Assembly: GCA_045646305.1 (NCBI GenBank)
Contig: JAZRKK010000065.1
Location: 11,660 to 75,659 of the forward strand
Direction: 5' to 3'
Length of the DNA: 64,000 nucleotides
From: Acutalibacteraceae bacterium
GTDB taxonomy: Bacteria > Bacillota > Clostridia > Oscillospirales > Acutalibacteraceae
Part shown: piece after piece, positions 56,946-64,000 of the stretch
Layout: each line of letters begins with the position of its first letter
How positions within the stretch are numbered: position 1 is the first letter of the stretch
Notes under the pieces: generated by a model
The model's input: only the letters and a program-made list of their open reading frames with translations
Told to the model about the DNA's origin: nothing
The model's database searches: none
Position numbers and translations under genes: made by a program

Positions 56946-57020
56946 TTATAAGGCTTTATCGCACTTTTGTGTTATTATTACACGAGCCTCAATTCTTCTC
57001 ACAATACCTGTTGCTTTCAT
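56946..57020 (-). pseudogene. spoVT/abrB 5'-end remnant C (24-codon ORF MKATGIVRRIEARVIITQKCDKAL)
   Basis: Hand translation. It has the same break point as remnant B. The downstream ~100 nt are homologous to B, and the upstream TTTACAGATACTA..AAGGAG is homologous to the spoVT upstream region. Confidence 0.65.
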
Positions 57021-57153
57021 ATATACAAAAATCTCCTTGCTTTACAAATTTGTACTGTTAGTATCTGTAAACACACGAGATTTATACTGTATAACTTTAC
57101 TTTTTAGTTAGAGTGTGATATAATCGAGAAAACTTTTTTAAGGAGAATATTTT

Positions 57154-57837
57154 ATGGGCAAAATTTCAGAAATTTTCAACTTCGATAACATCGGTTCAAA
57201 AATCAAAAATTTGGCAAAGTGGTCTTGTTGGATTACCATTTTACTTATTTGGATTGTTGCTCCGATTTCGTTTATTGCTTTGGTGGCTGATGATTGGACT
57301 GCTGAATTTTGCTGGATTCCGCTTGTTGGCGCTATTGTCGGTCCTGTTTTCGTGTGGATTGGCAGTTGGACAATGTACGCCTTTGGTGAGTTTGTTGATG
57401 ATATTCACGCTATGCGTGACAAAGAAGGAACTACAGAAGAGGTAAAAGCAAAACGCGAATTAGAGGCAAGAATAAAGCGCGAAGCCGAACTGAAAGCGCA
57501 ACAAGAAGCGGCCGAAAGGGCTAAACGTGAGGCAGAAGAAAGAGCTGCTCAAAACGAAAAACATTTAGACGATGATGAAATTTTATACGACCAACATATT
57601 TGTTCGTCCGAGGAGGAGCTAAAACAGTATATCGAAAAAGTATTAGATGAAAAATCTAGACCAAAAGAACTGTTAGATTTATACTGGAAGTACAAGAAAT
57701 ATGTTTATGGATATTATCCTGCAAGTGATGTAAAAAAAGCATTAGGAGAAGTAATTAAAATTTGCGAAAAAGAAGAGTATGAAGGAAATTCACAATTGAT
57801 GATAACTGTTTCTAAAAGAAAATTGTCAACTTTATAA
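57154..57837 (+). CDS. Hypothetical membrane protein with a charged coiled-coil segment
   Basis: 227 aa. Two TM helices, then KAKRELEARIKREAELKAQQEAAERAKREAEERAAQ. Confidence 0.6.
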   Translation: MGKISEIFNFDNIGSKIKNLAKWSCWITILLIWIVAPISFIALVADDWTAEFCWIPLVGAIVGPVFVWIGSWTMYAFGEFVDDIHAMRDKEGTTEEVKAKRELEARIKREAELKAQQEAAERAKREAEERAAQNEKHLDDDEILYDQHICSSEEELKQYIEKVLDEKSRPKELLDLYWKYKKYVYGYYPASDVKKALGEVIKICEKEEYEGNSQLMITVSKRKLSTL

Positions 57838-57870
57838 AAATAGCGGAGTGATAATCACTCCGCTATTTTT
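57836..57870. terminator. Palindromic terminator H5 (variant AGCGGAGTGA-taa-TCACTCCGCT)
   Basis: A5 and T5 flanks. The stops of both convergent ORFs (57835-57837 and 57863-57865) lie in or next to the stem. Confidence 0.75.
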
Positions 57871-58036
57871 TATATCTATTTACCTCGCTATGTATAGCCC
57901 AACAAAACGTTTCTTCCTGTGTCAATGAGTTATCCAGCGGCTCTCCCTCTCTTATCCTCATAGTGCGACGGATTTCTTTCGGTATAACAACACGACCCAA
58001 ATCGTCTATTCTACGAACTATTCCAGTGGCTTTCAT
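57863..58036 (-). CDS. Truncated AbrB/SpoVT-type protein D (57 aa), possibly a pseudogene
   Basis: The start was moved to ATG 58036 (AAGGAG 9 nt upstream). MKATGIVRRIDDLGRVVIPKEIRRTMRIREGEPL is followed by the unrelated tail DNSLTQEETFCWAIHSEVNRYKK. Confidence 0.55.
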   Translation of the reverse strand: MKATGIVRRIDDLGRVVIPKEIRRTMRIREGEPLDNSLTQEETFCWAIHSEVNRYKK

Positions 58037-58212
58037 ATATAAAAACTCCTTTGTTGATTTGATAACATTGTTATTATCTGTCAACAAAGGAGTTTTATAC
58101 TAGATTTAATCATTTTCACAATACACTGCCAAGATTTACTCTTAAAAATCATAGAATAAATATTTTTAAATCTCAATATAAAGCATAACAATCCGTACTA
58201 TTTAGAATATGC

Positions 58213-58719
58213 CTAATCGAATTTTTCCATAAACATTCCCTCAAGTTCTATACCACCCTCAACCTTTTTAGCAGTATAGTGTTCTGTTTTGCCGTTTGAA
58301 TATCCCTCCCACTCATTATGGTGTAATGAAAAAGTTATATTCGTATCAGAGACATCCCAAAAACCACGCATAACATCATTGTCTATATCACTCCTATGTT
58401 CTACTGTTCCATCTGCACAAAATTTAATTGCTACTGTATATTTTGCACTTTCATCTTGCATTGTTATGCGATAAGTTCCAACTATTTCTTCACGAAGCGC
58501 AGATTGAGCATTTGTAGCCGCATTAACGATAGAGCTTGTTTCGGTAGGTTCGCTTGATTCGGTTGAGTCACTTGAATTGGTAGAATCACTTGTTTGATTT
58601 TCAGTCGAAGTGATTTGTGAATTGTCGCTCATTACATCACTTGTAGTGTTATCTTTGCTACAAGCAGTTAAGCAAAACACGAAACAAATTGATAAAATTA
58701 TCGCTAAAGTCTTTTTCAT
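58213..58719 (-). CDS. Hypothetical lipoprotein
   Basis: The start was moved to ATG 58719 (GGGGA RBS). Lipobox in MKKTLAIILSICFVFCLTAC, followed by a Ser/Thr-rich linker. Confidence 0.65.
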   Translation of the reverse strand: MKKTLAIILSICFVFCLTACSKDNTTSDVMSDNSQITSTENQTSDSTNSSDSTESSEPTETSSIVNAATNAQSALREEIVGTYRITMQDESAKYTVAIKFCADGTVEHRSDIDNDVMRGFWDVSDTNITFSLHHNEWEGYSNGKTEHYTAKKVEGGIELEGMFMEKFD

Positions 58720-58776
58720 TTTATCTATCCCCAATCATAATGGATTTTATGATTGTATTATAAATCAAATGGCCAA

Positions 58777-58956
58777 TTATTGCAATATCGATTTATATCT
58801 TTCCACAACACTATGTATCGCAATGCAAAACTTATCGATTGGTGTCAATGTTGTCAGTAGAGGGTCTCCCTCTCTTATCCTCATAGTTCTTCTAATTTCT
58901 TTCGGGATAACAACACGACCAAGGTCTTCAATTCTTCTCACAATACCAGTTGCTTT
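58777..58956 (-). pseudogene. spoVT/abrB remnant E (start codon lost)
   Basis: Encodes (K)ATGIVRRIEDLGRVVIPKEIRRTMRIREGDPL plus the tail LTTLTPIDKFCIAIHSVVERYKSILQ, which is homologous to the tail of copy D. An in-frame TAA replaces the ATG. Confidence 0.65.
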
Positions 58957-59007
58957 TTAATATATAGTATGATATAATTAAAAAACAAACTGAAAGGTTG
59001 ATTTATT

Positions 59008-59550
59008 ATGAAAAAAAGAATTGTAAACGCAGTCCAGCTGTTATTAATTATCGTTTCGTATATTATGCTATCTATTGCTAATATAAAACTTGTTTCAGGT
59101 GGTGCTGTTTCTGTATTAGGCGCATCAAAAAAATATGCTTTACAGTTTTATCCTATGTGTGTTTTATATCTCGTTTGCGCTATAATGTGTATCGTTTCAA
59201 TAGTATCAAAAAAGGCTTATAAAGACGGAAAAATACATAGTATATTAGCTGTTATTTTGTTTTTTATCACCAATTGGAATATGGCAACATGTGTATCAAG
59301 TGATGAAATTGCTGTAAACAATTTCCCTGTTTTAGCTTTTGAAATCATTTTATTTCTAGCAGTTGTTATTTCTTTTGTAAAACGTTCCCCACTAATTGCT
59401 CCTACAGTTTCTGAACAACCACAAGTAGTTAATAATATTCAAGAAACAAGCAATGCCGATGAGCTTTTAAAATATAAAAATCTTTTAGACCAGGGTGCAA
59501 TAACACAAGAAGAATATGATAAAAAGAAAAGCGAATTATTGAATCAATAA
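59008..59550 (+). CDS. Membrane protein with a C-terminal SHOCT domain
   Basis: 180 aa, about 4 TM helices. The C-terminus ELLKYKNLLDQGAITQEEYDKKKSELL is a SHOCT motif. Confidence 0.65.
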   Translation: MKKRIVNAVQLLLIIVSYIMLSIANIKLVSGGAVSVLGASKKYALQFYPMCVLYLVCAIMCIVSIVSKKAYKDGKIHSILAVILFFITNWNMATCVSSDEIAVNNFPVLAFEIILFLAVVISFVKRSPLIAPTVSEQPQVVNNIQETSNADELLKYKNLLDQGAITQEEYDKKKSELLNQ

Positions 59551-59555
59551 TTATA

Positions 59556-59583
59556 ACAAGCGAGGTGAATTCACCTCGCTTGT
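59556..59583. terminator. Palindromic terminator H3 (same family)
   Basis: ACAAGCGAGGTGAATTCACCTCGCTTGT followed by T6, 6 nt after the stop codon at 59550. Confidence 0.75.
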
Positions 59584-59686
59584 TTTTTATAATAATTTAC
59601 TTTTAAAACAAAGTATGCTATAATTAAATAACAGATTAGTTAAACTTTTGATATTTTAGAACGAATTTTAAAAAAGGAGGAGAAAT

Positions 59687-60754
59687 ATGACTTTAAAAAG
59701 TGATGCTCTTTTTTGGAAAAAGAAAGAGTTTGTTTCATTTTTGCTGAGCATTCTTGTATTTTTTATTCATTCGTATTTTGCACAGGACATTGTCAGCGAC
59801 AGTTTTATTTCTGTTGTCAATCATAAGGTTTCTTACTTTTTTTCTTGTTCTATTACTCAGTTTGCTGTACCTATGTTTTTTGTTTTGTCGGGAATATCTT
59901 TTTTCAAGGGTTATGACAACAAAAAATATTTAACCAAAATTAAAAGCCGCTTGTTTACATTGGTTATACCGTATTTACTTTGGAACACGATTTGGATGCT
60001 TTGGGAAATTTTTACTTCTTATTCGTTTGTTTCAAAATTTTCCACAAATAGCGAACCCTACCCTTTGACCTTAACAAGTATACTAAAAGGTGTTTTTTTC
60101 TACGGGTGTAACACTCCGTTTTGGTTTATATTCAATTTAATCGTATTTTCATTTGCAGCACCGATTGTATTTTTGATTATTAAAAACAAATATGTAGGCA
60201 TAATTTCCATCATGTGTTTATCCATAATATCGTTATTTGGAATACAACTGCCAACGAGCGTGTTTTATTATCCTATGGCTATTGTTTTTTATATGATTGG
60301 CGCCATTATTGGTTATCATTTCTTTGATTTTGTTTCAAAAAAATCATCAAAACCAATGCAAATTGCTTCTTTAATTTTCATTTTGGCATATATTATAGCT
60401 AAAAATATAGCACCACAGGAAATACATATTAACAACTATTTAATCCAAACCATCGTATATACCCTTGCGGCATTTTCTTTATGGAACGTTACTGATATTT
60501 TTATCGAATGTATCAAACCCCGCGCAATCTATCGCCGCTCGTTTGCGATTTATGCGATGCACCTTAACATAGGCATAATTTTACTTAAATTATTTTCGTT
60601 TTGCACCCCACAAAATGAGTGGCTTGAAATTCCAAAATTTATAGTTATGATTGTTTTAACACTTGTAATCATAAATTTTATATGTGCTTTTTTAGAAAAG
60701 TTTGCCCCCAAAATTTACGCAACACTTATGGGAAATCGAATAAACAAAAATTAA
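59687..60754 (+). CDS. Acyltransferase family 3 (membrane O-acyltransferase)
   Basis: 355 aa, about 10 TM helices. The overall pattern is typical of the Acyl_transf_3 family. A GGAGG RBS is present. Confidence 0.65.
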   Translation: MTLKSDALFWKKKEFVSFLLSILVFFIHSYFAQDIVSDSFISVVNHKVSYFFSCSITQFAVPMFFVLSGISFFKGYDNKKYLTKIKSRLFTLVIPYLLWNTIWMLWEIFTSYSFVSKFSTNSEPYPLTLTSILKGVFFYGCNTPFWFIFNLIVFSFAAPIVFLIIKNKYVGIISIMCLSIISLFGIQLPTSVFYYPMAIVFYMIGAIIGYHFFDFVSKKSSKPMQIASLIFILAYIIAKNIAPQEIHINNYLIQTIVYTLAAFSLWNVTDIFIECIKPRAIYRRSFAIYAMHLNIGIILLKLFSFCTPQNEWLEIPKFIVMIVLTLVIINFICAFLEKFAPKIYATLMGNRINKN

Positions 60755-60775
60755 GCGAGGTGAAATTCACCTCGC
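60755..60775. terminator. Palindromic terminator H4 (same family)
   Basis: GCGAGGTGAAATTCACCTCGC starts immediately after the stop codon at 60754. It is shared with the convergent transporter gene. Confidence 0.7.
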
Positions 60776-60788
60776 CGCTTTTTATACA

Positions 60789-61748
60789 TTAAATAAAAAC
60801 ATTTATTAACCAATAAAGTGTTGGTATTGTCAAAACAGAAAGCACGGTTGTACCTAGTGTAAAGACAACCGCATTGTCGGAGTCACCGCCAAATTCATCA
60901 GCAAAGGTAGCTGCAAGTCCTGCTGTTGGCATAGCAAACGCAACAAACACGCCTAAAATTATGCTATCCATAGGAAGATCTATCGCAACCGACTTTAAGG
61001 CAATTAACGCCGCTGTTATGACAGCTGGGAATACAATCAATTTTAAGAATGAAACGTAATAAAGTTTTCCGGATTTAAAAAGTGACGAAAGGCTAACAGC
61101 GCCTAATTTGATACCCATGATAGTCATAGAAATTGGGGTAACTACCGAACTGAAATAATCGGAGAATGTGATTACCTCGGGAACGTAGTCGCTCACCTTT
61201 AAAAGATTAAATGCACAACCCAAAACAAATGCGATTAAAACAGGGTTTAAAAATGCTTTTTTAAAGCTTATATTTTTCTTGTCACCTGTGGTAAGGTAGG
61301 CGCCTAATGTATACATTAACACATTGTTGATAATGTTAAGTAGTATCAACACTGTAAAAACGGTTGACTCTCGACCAAACACAGCAATCGCAAGTGGTAT
61401 GCCTAAAAATCCGTTGTTGGCAAAAACCGAACAAAAACGCATCATACCGGCTGTTTTTTCATTGCCTTCCATCTTGACAAGTGGTTTTGATGCAAAAAAT
61501 ATAACAAAAGTATATGCAATACCAATCAGCGCAACCACACCCATCATTAACAAAGACTCTTTATTAAAAGTCAAATTATTAACAACACCCGAAAAAATCA
61601 GAAATGGCATTGCCAAATACATCAAAATTTTTGAAAGAACTCCTGATTGCTCGGGCTTTAGGATTTTGCCCTTTACTAAGATATATCCAGGAATAGCAAG
61701 TGCCACAAAAATTAGCACATTGCGCAACATAATTATAAACTCGCCCAT
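60789..61748 (-). CDS. AEC (auxin efflux carrier) family transporter
   Basis: 319 aa, about 10 TM helices. The size and hydrophobic profile are typical of AEC-family permeases. Confidence 0.65.
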   Translation of the reverse strand: MGEFIIMLRNVLIFVALAIPGYILVKGKILKPEQSGVLSKILMYLAMPFLIFSGVVNNLTFNKESLLMMGVVALIGIAYTFVIFFASKPLVKMEGNEKTAGMMRFCSVFANNGFLGIPLAIAVFGRESTVFTVLILLNIINNVLMYTLGAYLTTGDKKNISFKKAFLNPVLIAFVLGCAFNLLKVSDYVPEVITFSDYFSSVVTPISMTIMGIKLGAVSLSSLFKSGKLYYVSFLKLIVFPAVITAALIALKSVAIDLPMDSIILGVFVAFAMPTAGLAATFADEFGGDSDNAVVFTLGTTVLSVLTIPTLYWLINVFI

Positions 61749-61921
61749 AGTTAGCCTCCGATTTGTACTTTTGATAAGCTGTTTGTTTTTTTTAATTTTA
61801 CATCAAATCAAAGCAAATATCAAGGTTTTAAACAAATTTGATAGTTGTGTTTTTGTGCGCTTTACTTTTTTAAAAATTGTGTTTATAATATATATTGTTA
61901 TATTTGAAAGGGGGATTAGCT

Positions 61922-62635
61922 ATGCTTAAAGCGATTTGTGATATAAAAGACCCTGATTCTTTTTCAAAAATAGAACCTATAAATTCTAAGTTTTTTTGCC
62001 TTAAAGATGGTGAGTTTTTTGATGTCAAAATGCAGTATCCGATTTTAAATATTAAAAGCGCTGTGAAAGAATGTTATGTGCGCGAGGAAGTCTTTGAGCG
62101 ATTAAAGATCGCGCAAAACAATCTTCCACATGGATTAAAGCTTTGTATCTTGGATGCGTGGCGACCTTTTGCATTGCAAGAAGAACTTTACCAAATATAT
62201 TCAAAGCAAATTATTACACAGTTCAATTTAAAAGATTCACCTTTAGAGGTCAAACAAAAAGTAATAGCAAAGTATGTATCTACCCCCGTAAAAGACAAAC
62301 TTGAACCTGCTGTTCACACAACGGGTGGCGCTGTTGATGTTACGCTGATATGCGCCGATGGCACCCCTCTTGATATGGGAACAACATTTGATGCATTTAG
62401 CGAAAAGACAAAAACCAATTACTACGAAACGCATCAAGAAAACACTATCATTCGCAACAATCGCCGCATTTTGTATAACAGTATGATTTCTGCCGGATTT
62501 ACCAATTTGCCTTCGGAATGGTGGCATTATGACTTTGGAAACAAGTTTTGGGGGTATTATACTGACACACCCGCGTTTTATTCGGGAGTGTTTGATGTAA
62601 ATGAACTTTCAAAGTTTTTAAATCTTACCGATTAA
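61922..62635 (+). CDS. D-alanyl-D-alanine dipeptidase (VanX/DdpX, peptidase M15D)
   Basis: The start was moved to ATG 61922 (AAAGGGGGA RBS). LDAWRP, HTTGGAVDV and SEWWHYDF match the zinc and catalytic motifs of VanX-type dipeptidases. Confidence 0.75.
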   Translation: MLKAICDIKDPDSFSKIEPINSKFFCLKDGEFFDVKMQYPILNIKSAVKECYVREEVFERLKIAQNNLPHGLKLCILDAWRPFALQEELYQIYSKQIITQFNLKDSPLEVKQKVIAKYVSTPVKDKLEPAVHTTGGAVDVTLICADGTPLDMGTTFDAFSEKTKTNYYETHQENTIIRNNRRILYNSMISAGFTNLPSEWWHYDFGNKFWGYYTDTPAFYSGVFDVNELSKFLNLTD

Positions 62636-62677
62636 ATTTATAAATAGCACTTGAAAACAAACGATTAGAGTGATAAT

Positions 62678-63658
62678 ATGAAGCGGGAAAGGATGGTGAT
62701 TTGTTTGGTTTTGGCATATGTTTTCACTTTTTTAAAAAATGCTATTTACGGAACAACTAATTTTTTTACCAAAGGCCTAAACTCAAACAATATTGATGCC
62801 ATTGATATTTTAGCTTTGCGCTTTTTGCTAAGCTTTTTGGTTTTGTGGTTACTCAAGGTCACAAAAATAGTTAAAATAAATATTGGTATAAAAGATTTTT
62901 TCAAAAAAACCGAACGCCATCAATATATAAAACCTTTGTTTTTAGCGGCACTTTTTTCGCCTGTTATCGAAATGCTTTTTGAAACGACAGGCTTTACAAA
63001 AACCTCGGCTGTTACAGCGGGTGTTATTTTGTCATTGATGCCTATTTTTGCTTGTGTGATTGAAAGTTTGATTCTTAAAGAGAGCACAACAACAATGCAA
63101 AAAGTGTTTTTAATACTCGGTGTGGTTGGTGTTATATATATCGCAGTAAACACAAATACCTCAAGCGGTAGCGATACCTTGTTTGGAATATTTTGTTTGT
63201 TTTTGGCGACCATTGCGGGACCCACTTATTTGGTTTTTTCACGGCAAAGTTCAGGCAAATTCAAGCCTTTAGAAATCACCTATTTTTCTTGTCTTTTAGG
63301 CACGTTTGTTTTTAATGCTATGAGCGCTGTAAAACATTTATGGCAGGGCGATATTATTCATTACTTTGATCCGTATTTTAATCCTGAAAATATTCTTGGA
63401 TTTGTTACACTTTCTATCATATCCACCATTTTCTGTACCCTTATGAACAATTTTGCTATGTCAAAATTGCAAGCATCAACCGTATCGGCGTTTGGTGGTA
63501 TTTCAACGGTTGTTACAATCCTTATTGGCGTTATTTTTCTTAAAGAAACATTATACTATTTTCATTACATAGGGTTTGCGCTTATATTTATAAGAATTAT
63601 CGGCGTAAGCTATATCGCTATAAAAAAAGATAAACAAAAAATATCAGGAGGAAACTAA
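62678..63658 (+). CDS. EamA/DMT-family transporter
   Basis: 326 aa, about 10 TM helices in two EamA-like halves. Confidence 0.7.
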   Translation: MKRERMVICLVLAYVFTFLKNAIYGTTNFFTKGLNSNNIDAIDILALRFLLSFLVLWLLKVTKIVKINIGIKDFFKKTERHQYIKPLFLAALFSPVIEMLFETTGFTKTSAVTAGVILSLMPIFACVIESLILKESTTTMQKVFLILGVVGVIYIAVNTNTSSGSDTLFGIFCLFLATIAGPTYLVFSRQSSGKFKPLEITYFSCLLGTFVFNAMSAVKHLWQGDIIHYFDPYFNPENILGFVTLSIISTIFCTLMNNFAMSKLQASTVSAFGGISTVVTILIGVIFLKETLYYFHYIGFALIFIRIIGVSYIAIKKDKQKISGGN

Positions 63659-63659
63659 A

Positions 63660-64000
63660 ATGATATTTGGTGTTTTAAAAGATATTAAAGAGGGCGAAAA
63701 TCGTGTTATTTGCACACCGATTGAAGTTGCTTCGATTGTTGCGGCAGGACATACTGTTCTGGCTCAGCGCGATTGTGGCGTAGGCTCAGGTTTTTCAAAC
63801 GAAAAATACGAAGCTGCGGGCGCTGAGATTGTTGATACAATGGAAGAAATGTATGCTCGTTGTGATTTTCTTGCCAAGGTTAAGGAATTATTCCCCTGTG
63901 AATATGATTTGTTGCGCGAAGATCAACTCGTTTACTGTTGTATTCATCCGGCCGGTCACCCAGAAGAAGTTGATGCTATACTCAAGAGCAAATGTATCGC
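63660..64000 (+). CDS. ald: Alanine dehydrogenase, N-terminal part (continues beyond the window)
   Basis: MIFGVLKDIKEGENRVICTPIEVASIVAAGHTVLAQRDCGVGSGFSNEKYEAAGAEIV matches the AlaDH/PNT N-terminal domain. There is no stop codon before the window end. Confidence 0.8.
   Translation, partial: MIFGVLKDIKEGENRVICTPIEVASIVAAGHTVLAQRDCGVGSGFSNEKYEAAGAEIVDTMEEMYARCDFLAKVKELFPCEYDLLREDQLVYCCIHPAGHPEEVDAILKSKCI

Noticed and set aside
53944-60775. CRISPR array formed by the repeated GCGAGGTGAAATTCACCTCGC palindromes
   Set aside because: The repeats are 1-3 kb apart and separated by full protein-coding genes, not by 25-40-nt spacers. They sit exactly at stop codons and have A and T flanks typical of terminators. 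No cas genes are present.
61324-61929. 201-aa plus-strand ORF; similar long antisense ORFs at 21136-21648, 18600-18959, 7620-8000, 28050-28409, 32725-33102 and 29673-30056
   Set aside because: Each is antisense to a well-supported gene with clear family motifs and lacks any motif of its own. These are typical shadow ORFs.

Overview
This is a densely coding 64-kb chromosomal segment that looks like a low-GC, spore-forming Clostridia-class Firmicute. That origin is inferred from gene content: spoVT, a GerA-type germinant receptor, a SleC-like cortex-lytic enzyme, a Cheo-type LexA box, and pflBA behind a pfl/ZTP riboswitch. No rRNA, tRNA, CRISPR array, transposase or integrase is visible.

Layout:
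- 1-5813: 5' part of a giant modular secreted surface protein on the minus strand. It is absent from the ORF track because it runs off the window.
- 6.1-22.7 kb: housekeeping block (dnaD/dnaC-like, rqcH, trmK, yhaM, CDF transporter, ddl plus a membrane-anchored murF-like gene, lexA, rnhA, sugar kinase, GH127).
- 22.9-33.2 kb: lnt, secreted and lectin proteins, a PadR unit, and GH78-like and GH36/27-like hydrolases.
- 33.3-36.4 kb: pflA-pflB with a ZTP riboswitch leader.
- 37-45 kb: galT, nifS/thiI, and a catalytically dead sortase-B homologue.
- 45.5-51.2 kb: sporulation and germination genes (split SleC-like pair, shortened gerA-C-B operon, spoVT).
- about 51.3-60.8 kb: the most unusual part, a visibly AT-richer accessory island. 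Its cargo units are a frameshifted type IIG R-M gene with an RHH regulator, an HTH-ADP-ribosylglycohydrolase plus ribokinase pair, small membrane proteins and lipoproteins, and an acyltransferase. These units are separated by same-orientation remnants of the spoVT/abrB 5' end and closed by a nearly identical 21-nt palindromic terminator.
- 50322-50684: an inverted-repeat-bounded non-coding unit of about 360 bp with its own consensus promoter and a 9-mer repeat array sits just left of spoVT.

All functional calls come from motif recognition by eye and from memory of protein families. No database search was run.
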